DNA of 26,430 nucleotides from a virus (lineage: Duplodnaviria > Caudoviricetes): positions 1 to 26,430 of IMG/VR virus record IMGVR_UViG_3300024248_000185, one strand, 5' to 3'. Positions within the stretch are counted from its first letter, which is position 1; the number at the start of each line of letters is the position of its first letter. The notes under the pieces are model-generated. The model saw nothing but the letters and a program-made list of their open reading frames with translations, was not told the origin of the DNA and searched no databases. This document shows positions 10,055-16,575 of the stretch, in pieces. A program made the translations under genes and the position numbers.

Positions 10055-10561
10055 ATGAAACAATTAGATAAAGCCATACAATTTGCTACAAAAGCACACG
10101 AAGGACAGACTAGAAAATACACTGGTGAACCTTACATCGTACACCCTTTGGCAGTAATGGAAATTGTTAAAACTGTAGAACATACAGAAGAAATGCTTAT
10201 GGCAGCAGTTTTACACGATACAGTCGAAGATTGTGATGTAACTTTGGACCAAATAGCATTTCATTTTGGACATGTTGTGGCTGATTTGGTAGAAGAATTA
10301 ACTGATGTATCCAAACCTGAAGATGGCAACAGAGCTTTCAGAAAAGGGTTAGATAGAGAACATTCAGCACAAGCTTCTAGATCAGGACAGACCATAAAAA
10401 TAGCCGATTTATTGGATAATACTAAGTCTATAACCGAACATGATGAGCATTTTGCTAAAGTTTACATGAAAGAAAAGGCTTTATTGTTACAACTCCTTGA
10501 TAAGGCTGATAAAATTCTTTTGAAAAAAGCACAGAAAAAGGTTGACTTATGGTTCAGTTGA
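10055..10561 (+). CDS. HD-domain small alarmone hydrolase-like protein (Mesh1/SpoT hydrolase family)
   Basis: AHEGQTRKYTGEPYIVHP, AAVLHDTVED, VEELTD, IKIADLLDN; no synthetase domain; start placed at ATG 10055. Confidence 0.85.
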   Translation: MKQLDKAIQFATKAHEGQTRKYTGEPYIVHPLAVMEIVKTVEHTEEMLMAAVLHDTVEDCDVTLDQIAFHFGHVVADLVEELTDVSKPEDGNRAFRKGLDREHSAQASRSGQTIKIADLLDNTKSITEHDEHFAKVYMKEKALLLQLLDKADKILLKKAQKKVDLWFS

Positions 10562-10570
10562 GTGCATAAT
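10542..10570 (+). promoter_or_regulatory. Sigma70-type (early) promoter, copy 2
   Basis: TTGACT-N17-CATAAT; 26/32 nt identical to copy 1. Confidence 0.8.
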
Positions 10571-10606
10571 GTATGTATATTAAATAAAAAGTGAGGACTA
10601 AATAAT

Positions 10607-10972
10607 ATGAATAAAGAACTAACAACAAAAATCGAGGCACTTTGCCAAGACATTGAAAATCAACATTTCAAATCATTCCCTAGTTTAAAAGACTATGGTT
10701 GTACTTTTAAAGCAGGCCGTAAATTTTGTAAAATTATCATTACTGACGGTAGTGGTGGTAACAGAAGTGTATGGGGTTTCATTAACTTAACACACGAAAA
10801 GTTCAACGAAGGCGATGTACTTTTAGCAGCAGGCTGGGCAGCTCCAGCTCTTAACAAACCTAGAGGCAACCTACTTAGACAGAATTACAAAGTAGATTCT
10901 AGAAACCAATATGGACCTGGATACATTTCAGGTTACACAGCTGGTGGTAAAAGAGACGGAGGGTTAGTATAA
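10607..10972 (+). CDS. Phage protein of unknown function (early)
   Basis: SD GAGGA; SVWGFI...GDVLLAAGWAAPA...RGNL motif that I recall from small phage proteins (not searched). Confidence 0.8.
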   Translation: MNKELTTKIEALCQDIENQHFKSFPSLKDYGCTFKAGRKFCKIIITDGSGGNRSVWGFINLTHEKFNEGDVLLAAGWAAPALNKPRGNLLRQNYKVDSRNQYGPGYISGYTAGGKRDGGLV

Positions 10973-11142
10973 TGGCACAGCCAGAATTTAACTTTGACCC
11001 TGCCGAAGAACAAGCAGCATCAGACTATGCTGCTGAGGCACACCACATGGAACAGGAAGAGCGCCAGGCAAAAGAAGAAGGATACTGCATACATTGTGGT
11101 TCTGACATAGACGATTGCACTGGTTATAAATGTTGGATATAA
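10972..11142 (+). CDS. Small acidic protein with C-terminal four-Cys motif (56 aa; not in the ORF track)
   Basis: TAATG coupling and upstream GGAGG; translates as MAQPEFNFDP...GYCIHCGSDIDDCTGYKCWI. Confidence 0.75.
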   Translation: MAQPEFNFDPAEEQAASDYAAEAHHMEQEERQAKEEGYCIHCGSDIDDCTGYKCWI

Positions 11143-11152
11143 GGAGAACTAT

Positions 11153-11824
11153 TTGTTCAATCATATCGAAGTTGAAATAGATCAACTAAAAAGAAAGAAT
11201 ACAGACAAAGGCCGTAGGTACGAAACACCTGACGGTCGTTTGTATCCTTCTGTTACTACAATTCTATCTCATAAATCTAAGCCCTATATTGATGCTTGGA
11301 AGAAAAAGATAGGTGAGGCAGAAGCTAACAAAATTTCATCTAGGGCTGCTAAGCGTGGCACATCAATGCACAAATTAGTAGAGTATCATTTGTTAAATGA
11401 AACAAACCTACATGAGGAAGGAGTTCAATCCTTAGACTTGTTAGATAAAGAAATGTATATGAACAATATGAAGCCTTTGTTATCTGATATAGACAACATT
11501 AGAGCTTTGGAAGCAACTATGTACTCAGATCATTTACGCCTAGGAGGCCAAGCAGATTGTATTGCAGAATACAAAGGCAGACTTTCTGTTATAGATTTTA
11601 AGACTTCCAACAAAAGAAAAACAAGATCACAATGCTATAATTACTTTATACAATGTTCTGCTTATGCTATTATGTTCGAAGAAAGAACAGGCATTCCTGT
11701 AGATCAAACAGTAATATTAATGGCACAACAAGACGATGGTCCTGCTGTATTCACAGCAACAAGGGACGAATTTGTACCTAAACTTCTCGATGCAAGAGAC
11801 GATTACGAACTAGCACAACTTTAA
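11153..11824 (+). CDS. PD-(D/E)XK exonuclease (RecB/Cas4-like phage exonuclease)
   Basis: YPSVTTIL, RGTSMH, GQADC, IDFKTS, YFIQCSAYA; TTG start with SD AGGAG. Confidence 0.88.
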   Translation: MFNHIEVEIDQLKRKNTDKGRRYETPDGRLYPSVTTILSHKSKPYIDAWKKKIGEAEANKISSRAAKRGTSMHKLVEYHLLNETNLHEEGVQSLDLLDKEMYMNNMKPLLSDIDNIRALEATMYSDHLRLGGQADCIAEYKGRLSVIDFKTSNKRKTRSQCYNYFIQCSAYAIMFEERTGIPVDQTVILMAQQDDGPAVFTATRDEFVPKLLDARDDYELAQL

Positions 11825-11901
11825 CTGTCCGTAGCTCAATTGGATAGAGCAACAGCCTTCTAAGCTGTAGGTTACAGGTTCGACTCCTGTCGGACAGGCC
11901 A
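11825..11901 (+). tRNA. tRNA-Arg, anticodon TCT (reads AGA), encoded CCA end
   Basis: Acceptor stem CTGTCCG/CGGACAG, D arm GCTC/GAGC, anticodon arm ACAGC-CTTCTAA-GCTGT, T loop GGTTCGACTCC, 3' GCCA. Confidence 0.97.
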
Positions 11902-11906
11902 ATTTG

Positions 11907-11914
11907 TATAAATA
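11907..11914 (+). promoter_or_regulatory. T4-type late promoter TATAAATA
   Basis: Exact consensus, intergenic, upstream of the lipoprotein gene. Confidence 0.75.
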
Positions 11915-11968
11915 AAACGGTTATCAATGTTTAACCCATATAGGGACATTAAGTCCCAAGGAAGTAAT

Positions 11969-12259
11969 ATGAAAAGAATAATAAGCGCTTTATTCTTATT
12001 TACTGCCGTAGGATGTGCTTCAGTAGCAACTGGTATAGACACAGCTAGAAATGTAGTATCAACAACTGTTCAAACAGGCATGCAGGCGGGAGCCGACATG
12101 GTTGGAGCAGTAGCAGAAGATGTTTCTGATGTTGTTACAACAACTGCAAATGTTGCAGCTGGAGTTGTAGATACTGTAACTGATGAAGTACAGGATCAAG
12201 CAAAAGAGCTTGAAGTCAAAGAACCTGACTTTCCTACAAGTAAGTTAAAAGAAGACTAA
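11969..12259 (+). CDS. Predicted lipoprotein with 11-residue amphipathic repeats
   Basis: Signal peptide MKRIISALFLFT with lipobox AVG-C; start placed at ATG 11969 after AAGGA. Confidence 0.75.
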   Translation: MKRIISALFLFTAVGCASVATGIDTARNVVSTTVQTGMQAGADMVGAVAEDVSDVVTTTANVAAGVVDTVTDEVQDQAKELEVKEPDFPTSKLKED

Positions 12260-12271
12260 GCGTACTCAACT

Positions 12272-12311
12272 GGTAGGGCGCATCATTTGATTTTGGTGGC
12301 CCTGCTTTTTT
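12272..12311 (+). terminator. Rho-independent terminator
   Basis: GGTAGGGC(G)CATCA / TGGTGGCCCTGCT stem followed by a T run. Confidence 0.7.
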
Positions 12312-12378
12312 ATGCACACTATTTACATCTTAAATACCTAAAAGTTACAAATACATTAATGTAAATAGAGTCACTATG

Positions 12379-12386
12379 TATAAATA
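12379..12386 (+). promoter_or_regulatory. T4-type late promoter TATAAATA followed by a 5' hairpin
   Basis: Exact consensus, intergenic; GTGATATAGG/CTTATATCAC hairpin at 12390-12414. Confidence 0.7.
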
Positions 12387-12445
12387 TAAGTGATATAGGA
12401 TGTGCTTATATCACAATATTAACAAAATTTATAGGAGATGGTGTT

Positions 12446-12625
12446 ATGACCACAGCTACTTTCGGCGAGGTAGCGAAGCTCATAGGAACCAATGTTGATA
12501 GACTAAGAGAGAATGACAAAGTTTGTCTAATCTGCGATGCGATTCAATTAGTAGCGATAATGATAGCTCCGTTACTTTTGCCAATAGGAATAATTTATGC
12601 CTCAATGCAAGGAGGTCTTTATTAA
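12446..12625 (+). CDS. Small membrane protein (59 aa; not in the ORF track)
   Basis: SD AGGAG; MTTATFGEVAK...VCLICDAIQLVAIMIAPLLLPIGIIYASMQGGLY, with CxxC followed by a hydrophobic helix. Confidence 0.75.
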   Translation: MTTATFGEVAKLIGTNVDRLRENDKVCLICDAIQLVAIMIAPLLLPIGIIYASMQGGLY

Positions 12626-12732
12626 TGAAGACTTTTAAGCGAGGACTTTTTTATGGGAAGCATATTATTATGTTAATGCCTTTGATAGGTGTTACATACA
12701 TAATTATATCTTTCTATAATTATACCAGTTAA
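12625..12732 (+). CDS. Small membrane peptide (35 aa)
   Basis: TAATG coupling, SD GGAGG at 12611; basic N-terminus then one hydrophobic segment (MKTFKRGLFYGKHIIMLMPLIGVTYIIISFYNYTS). Confidence 0.65.
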   Translation: MKTFKRGLFYGKHIIMLMPLIGVTYIIISFYNYTS

Positions 12733-12749
12733 TCTAGCTCATAGATCGG

Positions 12750-12777
12750 AAAGGGTGTCTTAGAGGCGCCCTTTTTT
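12750..12777 (+). terminator. Rho-independent terminator
   Basis: AAAGGGTGTC / GGCGCCCTTT stem followed by TTTTTT. Confidence 0.8.
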
Positions 12778-12820
12778 GTGCCTGATGTTATATATAGTTA
12801 TAGCAGCAATGGAGAGAATG

Positions 12821-12958
12821 ATGGCTAAAGTAATAGCATTGTTCACAGTAATGTTCATGCTTATTGGATGTGGCGCACATGTTAATATTTCAGCGTCAGC
12901 ACCAAAAGGCAAAGACTTAGACATTACAGTTAAAACAACAGAATCACAGGGAAACTAG
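12821..12958 (+). CDS. Small predicted lipoprotein (45 aa)
   Basis: SD GGAG at 12811; MAKVIALFTVMFM with lipobox LIG-C; ATG 12818 is an alternative start. Confidence 0.7.
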   Translation: MAKVIALFTVMFMLIGCGAHVNISASAPKGKDLDITVKTTESQGN

Positions 12959-13031
12959 TAACTCAACAGACAAGCCCCTATGTTGAATTTCCTACAGGGC
13001 AATTAAAAGGACAATAAGGTCCTATGCGCTC

Positions 13032-13065
13032 TTTACATTTGCCCCTCACGAAAGTATAATAAATA
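13032..13065 (+). promoter_or_regulatory. Overlapping sigma70 promoter and late-type promoter
   Basis: TTTACA-N17-TATAAT (13032-13060) overlapping AATAAATA (13058-13065). Confidence 0.65.
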
Positions 13066-13070
13066 CTATT

Positions 13071-13205
13071 ATGCGTAAGAAGAAACTAAAACTTAGAAAT
13101 CCTGTAGCCCGTTATGCAAAACTGTTTAACAAGGCCACGGTAGTACCGGACAAAACTAAGTACAATCGAAAGAAGGATAAGAAAGTTTCTGAAGACGTAG
13201 ATTAA
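13071..13205 (+). CDS. Small basic protein (44 aa), weak ArfA-like pattern; not in the ORF track
   Basis: MRKKKLKLRNPVARYAKLFNKATVVPDKTKYNRKKDKKVSEDVD, directly after a promoter. Confidence 0.75.
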   Translation: MRKKKLKLRNPVARYAKLFNKATVVPDKTKYNRKKDKKVSEDVD

Positions 13206-13220
13206 TAAAGGGGGAACCAT

Positions 13221-13700
13221 ATGCGTAAGTTATGGATAACATTACCAATATTATTTTTTGTAATGTATGCTGAGAGTATAGAGGCTAAGCAAAAAGAGAT
13301 AGAATGTTTAGCACAGAATATATACCACGAAGCAAGGAGTGAGTCTACAGCAGGAAGAATGGCTGTGGCTCTTGTAACATTGAATAGAGTGAAGGATGAA
13401 AGATTTCCTAACACTATATGTGGTGTTGTAAAACAAACGAAGTATTATCCTAGTGGAAGAATAGATCTTCACTCATGCCAATTTAGTTGGTATTGTGATG
13501 GGAAACCAGACACAATAAAAGATGAGAACTGCTACAAAGATATTCTTTTAATTGCAGAAGTTATGTACACATACGAAACAGAAGACTTCACACAGGGTTC
13601 ATTGTGGTATCACAGTCCTAAAGTAAAACCTAAATGGGCTATGGTATATAATAGAACAATAACAATAGACAACCATATCTTCTATAAAGATGTTGACTAA
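13221..13700 (+). CDS. Cell wall hydrolase, SleB/Hydrolase_2 family, with N-terminal signal or anchor
   Basis: CLAQNIYHEARSE, VTLNRV, FPNTICGVV, CQFSWYCDGK, IDNHIFY. Confidence 0.92.
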   Translation: MRKLWITLPILFFVMYAESIEAKQKEIECLAQNIYHEARSESTAGRMAVALVTLNRVKDERFPNTICGVVKQTKYYPSGRIDLHSCQFSWYCDGKPDTIKDENCYKDILLIAEVMYTYETEDFTQGSLWYHSPKVKPKWAMVYNRTITIDNHIFYKDVD

Positions 13701-13721
13701 AGCAATCAATGGTCGTATAAT
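13693..13721 (+). promoter_or_regulatory. Sigma70-type promoter
   Basis: TTGACT-N17-TATAAT. Confidence 0.8.
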
Positions 13722-13727
13722 TAGCAC

Positions 13728-14603
13728 ATGTTAACGGATTTACCTCATGTAATAGTAACAGGCGGATGTGGCTTTATAGGATCACACCTTACAAAAAATT
13801 TATTGGATAATGGATTTTGTGTAACAGTGGTGGACGACAACAGAACAGGAAGTGTATTCTTAAATCATAACAGCGTAGAATATCATAAATGTGATGTAGT
13901 TGATTTTAATCCTCACTTAAATTCTATAGAGCCACCATCTGCCATTTTTCATCTGGCAAATAGCCCTAGAGTTCGTAGAGCATTAGAGTATCCAACAGAG
14001 ACTATTACAAATAACATAACAACAACCTGTGCAGTTGCAGATTGGGCTAGGATATTTAATTGTAAATTATTCTTTTCTACATCTTCAAGTACACAATATG
14101 TTGAGTCTCAAGGCAATCCATATACATTTAGCAAGGTTGTTTGTGAATCTATATTAGATATGTACAGAAAACTTTATGCTTTAGATTATGTTTTAATGTT
14201 TTATTATAATGTATATGGACCAGGTGAGGCAGACTATGGAGAGTATAGTACGGTTGTTAGAAAATTTAAGAATGATTATTTAGAAGGCAATCCCTTAACA
14301 GTATTTGGCACAGGTAAAAAAGAAAGAGACTTTACGCATGTAGATGATGTAATACAAGGCATCCTACAACTAATGGCAGATCCAACTCTTCCTTCTGTAG
14401 CACATTTTGGAAGTGGTGATCCTAAATCAATCTCATCAATAGCAGATTGTTTTAAGCACCCTATTGTACATTCGTTTGATAGAAAGGGAGAGGCAGAAAG
14501 AACACATTGCCAAAATCCATATATTCAATCCACGCATAATGTACATGATTATATTAAAGCGTGGGTTCAGGAGAATAAGAGTGGAACCAAGAGTAGTAAT
14601 TGA
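13728..14603 (+). CDS. NAD-dependent nucleotide-sugar epimerase/dehydratase
   Basis: VTGGCGFIGSHL, YTFSK (YxxxK), YNVYGPGE, RDFTHVDD. Confidence 0.92.
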   Translation: MLTDLPHVIVTGGCGFIGSHLTKNLLDNGFCVTVVDDNRTGSVFLNHNSVEYHKCDVVDFNPHLNSIEPPSAIFHLANSPRVRRALEYPTETITNNITTTCAVADWARIFNCKLFFSTSSSTQYVESQGNPYTFSKVVCESILDMYRKLYALDYVLMFYYNVYGPGEADYGEYSTVVRKFKNDYLEGNPLTVFGTGKKERDFTHVDDVIQGILQLMADPTLPSVAHFGSGDPKSISSIADCFKHPIVHSFDRKGEAERTHCQNPYIQSTHNVHDYIKAWVQENKSGTKSSN

Positions 14604-14880
14604 TAACACGATAGAGATGACAAAAGAAAAAGTAAGCGACATATTCCTAGTAACAAAAGAGTTCCATACTTCAACGGAATTTTCACAGTTTATAGAGAAA
14701 ATGGCCTTTAATACTTCTTCACAGTGCATGGATATTGTATGTGATTATTGTATTAAAAAAGAGATAGAAATAGAAAGTGTTTCTAAATTTTTAACAGCAT
14801 CTTTAAAAGCAAAAATTAAAGAAGAAGCATTAGATTTAAATTTATTAAAAGAAAAAAGAAAGAGTAAGTTGCCCCTGTGA
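14581..14880 (+). CDS. gp33: Late promoter transcription co-activator (T4 gp33-like)
   Basis: FSQFIE...MDIVCDYC...IEIESVSKFLTASLKAKIKEEALDLNLLK...KLPL; GTG start with SD AGGAG; 33-59-32 synteny. Confidence 0.85.
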   Translation: MEPRVVIDNTIEMTKEKVSDIFLVTKEFHTSTEFSQFIEKMAFNTSSQCMDIVCDYCIKKEIEIESVSKFLTASLKAKIKEEALDLNLLKEKRKSKLPL

Positions 14881-15854
14881 AAATATTTTGTTCTATTGCA
14901 TCATACCAAGATCCAATACTACCTTATACAATAAAATCTATTTTAGAAAATTCTAAATATAAAAATGATTTAGTATTGGGAGTATTTGATCAGTCTAAAG
15001 ATATTCTAAAAGATCTTCCAGACAATGTGCGATATAAAACTTGTGATCCCGAAGATGCAAAAGGTGCCTGTTGGGCACGAAGTACAATACAAACAGATTT
15101 GTTTGAAGGTGAAGATATCTTTATGCAGATAGATTCTCATACATTATTTGAAAAAGACTGGGATAAAGATTTATTGGAAAAATATTCTAATTGTTTTAAC
15201 TGGTTTGAGAAACCTATTATAACAGGATACCCAAGAGGCTTTGATGTTTTAGTTTCTAAGGGAGGATTTTTAAATACAGATGAAGAGTATATATTTAGAA
15301 TAACAACAGACGACTCCGATCAAACACACGCATTACAATTACATCTACCTTGGGTAAGAGGCTACAACCCTGGTCAAATGGCACATGTCATACCAGGTAA
15401 AAAATATTTTAGAGGCTTTGCCATGGCAGGTGGAGGCATATTTACAGAAGGCAAATGGGTTGAAGAAGTTCCATACGATAAAGAAATATATTTTAACGGA
15501 GAAGAAGCAACACTTGCTTTACGATCTTTTACACATGGCTATGATATGGTGCATGTACCTAACTTGCCTTTATATCACTGGTACAATACAGAAGAAATAG
15601 AATTAAAAAGAGAATTACATTGGGACGGCAACCCAGAAGAAAAAGAAAAAATTATAAACGAATCTTTTAAAAAAGTAGATAGAGTTCTACAAGGCAAAGT
15701 TACAGACAAATATGGTATAGGTAACAAAAGAACATTAAAAGAATATGCAGATTTAAGTGGTATGGATTATGAGAATAAATTAGTACATATAGGTAAATCC
15801 ACTTTTATAGATTATGAAAATAAAGAATTAAGTTTAGATGAGGACTTTGAATAG
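14877..15854 (+). CDS. Glycosyltransferase of the Skp1 hydroxyproline GlcNAc-transferase (Gnt1)-like family
   Basis: IFCSIASYQDP, GACWARS, QIDSH (DxH), FNGEE, RSFTHGYD, YHWY. Confidence 0.8.
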   Translation: MKIFCSIASYQDPILPYTIKSILENSKYKNDLVLGVFDQSKDILKDLPDNVRYKTCDPEDAKGACWARSTIQTDLFEGEDIFMQIDSHTLFEKDWDKDLLEKYSNCFNWFEKPIITGYPRGFDVLVSKGGFLNTDEEYIFRITTDDSDQTHALQLHLPWVRGYNPGQMAHVIPGKKYFRGFAMAGGGIFTEGKWVEEVPYDKEIYFNGEEATLALRSFTHGYDMVHVPNLPLYHWYNTEEIELKRELHWDGNPEEKEKIINESFKKVDRVLQGKVTDKYGIGNKRTLKEYADLSGMDYENKLVHIGKSTFIDYENKELSLDEDFE

Positions 15855-16486
15855 TGGAGCCTTTCAAAGCATATAAAATACATGTTGCAATCAAAGAACA
15901 TTTTTGGAGCAAGTATGATATGCAGAAGTGGCCGTATGCTTTTAAAGACAAATACAAGTATGGTACAGCAATTAATATACCATATAAAGTATTTGAATCT
16001 AAACAAGGACTGCCTGGTATGTTTGAAATGGTATGTGATAAATTCAAACAACCTGAATTTGTAGCATTGTCTGTTGCTAACGCTGTAGCTGGTGATAGAA
16101 GATGTGGCATGCCTTATGGAATAAGTAGCCAACAAATATTCAAAGATTGGATAAGTAGGCGAGACAAAATTGGATACACATTTGGACAAGATCTGGATAC
16201 AATAGATAATGCAGATCAAATTCTAATGAGTACTGATAACGATCATCCTATAGAACTGAGGTTGTTGTTAGGTAAACATATAACAATAGAAAGCGTGGTT
16301 ATATTAAACCAACTACAACCGTTCTTAGATGATTATATTGGCGATTTAATTATAGGAGATACATGTATGTTAATTAAACGGTATACACCTTTCTTAAAAG
16401 GTATTGTGAATACCAAAAAGTTACATGTCAAACATCTAACTCTTATAAATAAAATTGCTAGTACTAATTCTCTTAGGAGAAAATAA
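15854..16486 (+). CDS. gp59: Helicase loader (T4 gp59-like)
   Basis: FKAYKIHVAIKEHF...YD, HPIELRLLLGKHITIESVVIL, KRYTPFL; lies immediately upstream of gp32. Confidence 0.82.
   Translation: MEPFKAYKIHVAIKEHFWSKYDMQKWPYAFKDKYKYGTAINIPYKVFESKQGLPGMFEMVCDKFKQPEFVALSVANAVAGDRRCGMPYGISSQQIFKDWISRRDKIGYTFGQDLDTIDNADQILMSTDNDHPIELRLLLGKHITIESVVILNQLQPFLDDYIGDLIIGDTCMLIKRYTPFLKGIVNTKKLHVKHLTLINKIASTNSLRRK
16444..16451 (+). promoter_or_regulatory. T4-type late promoter for gp32
   Basis: Exact TATAAATA about 125 nt upstream of the gp32 start. Confidence 0.6.
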
Positions 16487-16497
16487 GTATTGGAAAT

Positions 16498-16519
16498 CCA
16501 TGTCCCTTCGGGGACATGG
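16498..16519 (+). promoter_or_regulatory. cUUCGg tetraloop hairpin in the gp32 leader
   Basis: CCATGTCCC-TTCG-GGGACATGG, perfect 9-bp stem, no T tract after it. Confidence 0.85.
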
Positions 16520-16525
16520 GTCACT

Positions 16526-16564
16526 TAATACAACGCTAATACAACGCTAATATAACGCAAATAC
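16526..16564 (+). repeat. 11-nt tandem repeat (TAATACAACGC x about 3.5) abutting the gp32 ribosome-binding site
   Basis: TAATACAACGC TAATACAACGC TAATATAACGC AAATAC, then GGAG. Confidence 0.9.
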
Positions 16565-16575
16565 GGAGAAAAAAT

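Noticed and set aside
11153-11824. Nuclease as Cas4 of a CRISPR system
   Set aside because: No array or other cas genes, and no four-Cys Fe-S pattern; fits the stand-alone exonuclease of T4-like phages
11825-11901. tRNA as a prophage attachment site
   Set aside because: No integrase and no duplicated tRNA 3' end seen; phage genes continue on both sides
12523-12624. N-terminal extension of track ORF 12523-12732
   Set aside because: It overlaps the better-supported 12446-12625 ORF; SD and TAATG coupling favour ATG 12625
14464-14580. N-terminal extension of gp33 in the track
   Set aside because: Lies deep inside the epimerase gene; a good SD precedes GTG 14581
16526-16564. Tandem repeat as a mini CRISPR array
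   Set aside because: Units are 11 nt and contiguous with no spacers; position fits a gp32 leader element
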